A stretch of 64,000 nucleotides of DNA, taken from the NCBI GenBank assembly GCA_030745755.1, contig JASLOA010000007.1, positions 11,974 to 75,973 of the forward strand. Direction: 5' to 3'. The stretch is from Kiritimatiellia bacterium. Lineage in GTDB: Bacteria > Verrucomicrobiota > Kiritimatiellia > UBA8416 > JABMPJ01. Position 1 is the stretch's first letter. Each line of letters begins with the position of its first letter. Positions 61,827 to 64,000 of the stretch are shown in pieces. The notes under the pieces are model-generated. The model did not search any database. It was not told the DNA's origin and was given only the letters and a program-made list of their open reading frames with translations. The position numbers and the translations under genes were made by a program.

Positions 61827-64000
61827 ATGGTGGAGTGCCAGGAGTCACAACACAGTAGAGCAAAGGGCCCATCCGAAACAGTCGCAGATAATCAAGGCGG
61901 CAAGAAGCCGAACCAGACCTTACACGTACGCGACTGGCATCCGACGGCAGACTACCGACGCGAGTTCCATGTGGCACGCCCGGCACGTGATGCTTACCAG
62001 ATCAGCGACTCGCTCTTCTCGTTGCGAGGGCGCGTGCTGCTTCCCAACTTCAAGGCGGCCCGACTGCTTGCTCAGCGCATGAATGAGAAGCGCGACCTGC
62101 AGCAGCACCCCGACCAGGCTGTTCGTGCCGGCCAGCTCAATGCGCTGTCGCTGCTCCACGAGATGATGCACCTCATGATCGTGGCCTATCGCGAGGCCAA
62201 CAGCCCGGACCTGTTGGGTGAGGCGTTGGAGTGGACCGAGTCCGAGCTCCCTTCCGATGACGTGGAAGCCACACTGTTGCGCTTCGCGGATCAGTTTCCC
62301 GTGGTGGATGTCTACCGGGGCAACCACACTGCCGCCGACTACCTCGCCGGTAGCACCGGCGACGAACCCCACCGTCATGAAGCGCTGGAAGAGATGTTGC
62401 TCCTCTGGATGGGCAACATCAACCCGGCCGGCCGATCCTGTCTCGAGCTGTTTGATGACGATAAGCTCGAACACGACACGGACTACCCGGATATCATCGA
62501 CACATTGAGAACGTTCTTCGAGGGTCAGCCGGGCCTGGGCCCGGGCAAGGAAAGCCTGTTCGACCTGCTGGAAGCACCCATCAAGGCATCGCCGGACTCG
62601 CTCGCCGGTCAACTGGAGTACATTCGCGACCATTGGGGCGACTTCCTCGGGCAGCGTCTGGACCTGCTGTCGACCGGCCTGGACCTGATCCGCGAGGAAG
62701 AGAAGCCCGTCTTCCATGGCCCGGGTCCGAGCCATACCCCCGATTACGCAGGGCTGGACGAGGACCACGAGCGCTACAGCAACGACTTGGACTGGATGCC
62801 GAACGTCGTGATGCTCGCAAAGAACGCCTACGTCTGGCTCGACCAGCTATCGCGTCAATACGAGCAGGACCTGCAGCGACTGGACCAGATTCCGGATGCC
62901 GAGCTGGACCGCCTGGCCACATCAGGATTCAACGGTCTCTGGTTGATCGGCCTGTGGGAGCGCAGCCGTGCATCACGACGCATCAAGCAGAAGATGGGCA
63001 ACCCCGAAGCCGTGGCGTCGGCCTACTCGCTCTATGACTACGTCATCGCGGATGATCTTGGCGGCCATGCCGCCTACGAGAATCTACGCGACCGCGCCGC
63101 GCAACGCGGCATCCGGCTGGCGAGCGACATGGTCCCCAACCATATGGGAATCGACAGCCGCGCGGTTATCGAGCATCCGGACTGGTTCATCTCGCTGGAT
63201 CACAGCCCCTTCCCTTCCTACACCTTTAATGGTCCCGATCTTTGCGAGGATGACAGGGTCGGCATCTACCTCGAAGACCATTACTACGACCACTCCGATG
63301 CCGCGGTCGTCTTCAAGCGCGTCGATAACCAGACCGGCGACACTCGCTACATCTATCATGGCAACGACGGCACCAGCATGGCCTGGAACGATACCGCGCA
63401 GCTCAATTACCTCGTGGCCGAGGTACGCGAAGCCGTCATCCAGACGATTCTGCACGTGGCACGCCACTTCCCGATCATCCGCTTCGATGCCGCCATGACG
63501 CTGGCCAAGAAACACTACCAGCGCCTCTGGTTCCCGGAACCCGGCAGCGGCGGCGATATTGCCTCCCGCTCCGAGTTTGGCATGACGAAGGCGGAGTTTG
63601 ACCGGGTCTTCCCGGTCGAATTCTGGCGGGACGTGGTCGACCGCGTCCAGGCCGAGGTGCCGGATACGCTCCTGCTGGCCGAGGCGTTCTGGATGACCGA
63701 AGGCTACTTCGTGCGAACGCTCGGCATGCACCGGGTCTATAACAGTGCTTTCATGAACATGTTAAAGGCCGAAGACAACGCCCAGTACCGTTCGCTCATC
63801 AAGAAAACCCTCGAGTTCGACCCCGAGATTCTGAAGCGCTACGTGAACTTCATGAACAACCCGGACGAAGAGACGGCCGTAGCGCAGTTTGGTTCGGGTG
63901 ACAAGTACTTCGGGGTCTGCGTCTTGATGGCTACCATGCCCGGCCTACCCATGTTCGGCCACGGACAGATCGAAGGTTTCCAGGAGAAGTACGGCATGGA
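61827..64000 (+). CDS. GH13 alpha-amylase-family protein (partial; continues beyond window)
   Basis: ATG at 61827 with RBS GAAGGGGA. GH13 regions DMVPNHMG, IRFDAAMTL and LLAEAFW. ORF is open to 64000. Confidence 0.75.
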   Translation, partial: MVECQESQHSRAKGPSETVADNQGGKKPNQTLHVRDWHPTADYRREFHVARPARDAYQISDSLFSLRGRVLLPNFKAARLLAQRMNEKRDLQQHPDQAVRAGQLNALSLLHEMMHLMIVAYREANSPDLLGEALEWTESELPSDDVEATLLRFADQFPVVDVYRGNHTAADYLAGSTGDEPHRHEALEEMLLLWMGNINPAGRSCLELFDDDKLEHDTDYPDIIDTLRTFFEGQPGLGPGKESLFDLLEAPIKASPDSLAGQLEYIRDHWGDFLGQRLDLLSTGLDLIREEEKPVFHGPGPSHTPDYAGLDEDHERYSNDLDWMPNVVMLAKNAYVWLDQLSRQYEQDLQRLDQIPDAELDRLATSGFNGLWLIGLWERSRASRRIKQKMGNPEAVASAYSLYDYVIADDLGGHAAYENLRDRAAQRGIRLASDMVPNHMGIDSRAVIEHPDWFISLDHSPFPSYTFNGPDLCEDDRVGIYLEDHYYDHSDAAVVFKRVDNQTGDTRYIYHGNDGTSMAWNDTAQLNYLVAEVREAVIQTILHVARHFPIIRFDAAMTLAKKHYQRLWFPEPGSGGDIASRSEFGMTKAEFDRVFPVEFWRDVVDRVQAEVPDTLLLAEAFWMTEGYFVRTLGMHRVYNSAFMNMLKAEDNAQYRSLIKKTLEFDPEILKRYVNFMNNPDEETAVAQFGSGDKYFGVCVLMATMPGLPMFGHGQIEGFQEKYGM

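Noticed and set aside
1-64000. tRNA / rRNA genes
   Set aside because: No cloverleaf-compatible segments with conserved T-loop GTTCRANYC context or rRNA-like conserved blocks were noticed in intergenic regions.

Overview
The window has three parts. (1) About 27 kb of GC-rich core chromosome, mostly housekeeping genes: cysS/ispF, a DnaQ-like exonuclease, lpxA, radC, miaA, lspA, a DksA-type zinc finger fused to a histone-H1-like Lys/Ala tail, guaA, a glycyl-radical-enzyme cluster that looks like anaerobic hydroxyproline degradation (GntR regulator, HypD-like GRE, activase, P5C dehydrogenase, PAS-AraC regulator), an ATP-citrate-lyase-like aclBA pair, an HDAC-family protein, dapA-dapB-folK, panB, and a nitroreductase. 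Four copies of a ~72-bp palindromic REP/MITE-like repeat are scattered through it. (2) A large sedentary chromosomal integron at about 27.36-61.81 kb. It has a divergent integron integrase gene (intI, minus strand) and an attI region, followed by an array of about 42 gene cassettes. Each cassette ends in an imperfect-palindrome attC site with RYYYAAC...GTTRRRY cores; about 42 such sites fall into at least six sequence families. The array is lower in GC than its flanks. It is dominated by type II toxin-antitoxin modules (about 25: MazEF, BrnTA, HicAB, DinJ-YafQ, HigBA, RelE/ParE, Phd-YoeB, VapBC, DUF4160/DUF2442, DUF433/DUF5615). It also carries sulfatases (2 intact, 3 truncated fragments), glycoside-hydrolase-like proteins, a K+-channel-like membrane protein, a ribokinase plus ADP-ribosylglycohydrolase pair, small membrane and zinc-ribbon proteins, an ORF-less cassette, and many cassette-internal sigma70-like promoters with operator palindromes. 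(3) A GH13 alpha-amylase-family gene starts immediately after the last, degenerate attC and runs off the window. No rRNA, tRNA or CRISPR was found; the direct repeats in the array are attC sites. All calls come from reading the sequence and the ORF translations; no database search was run.
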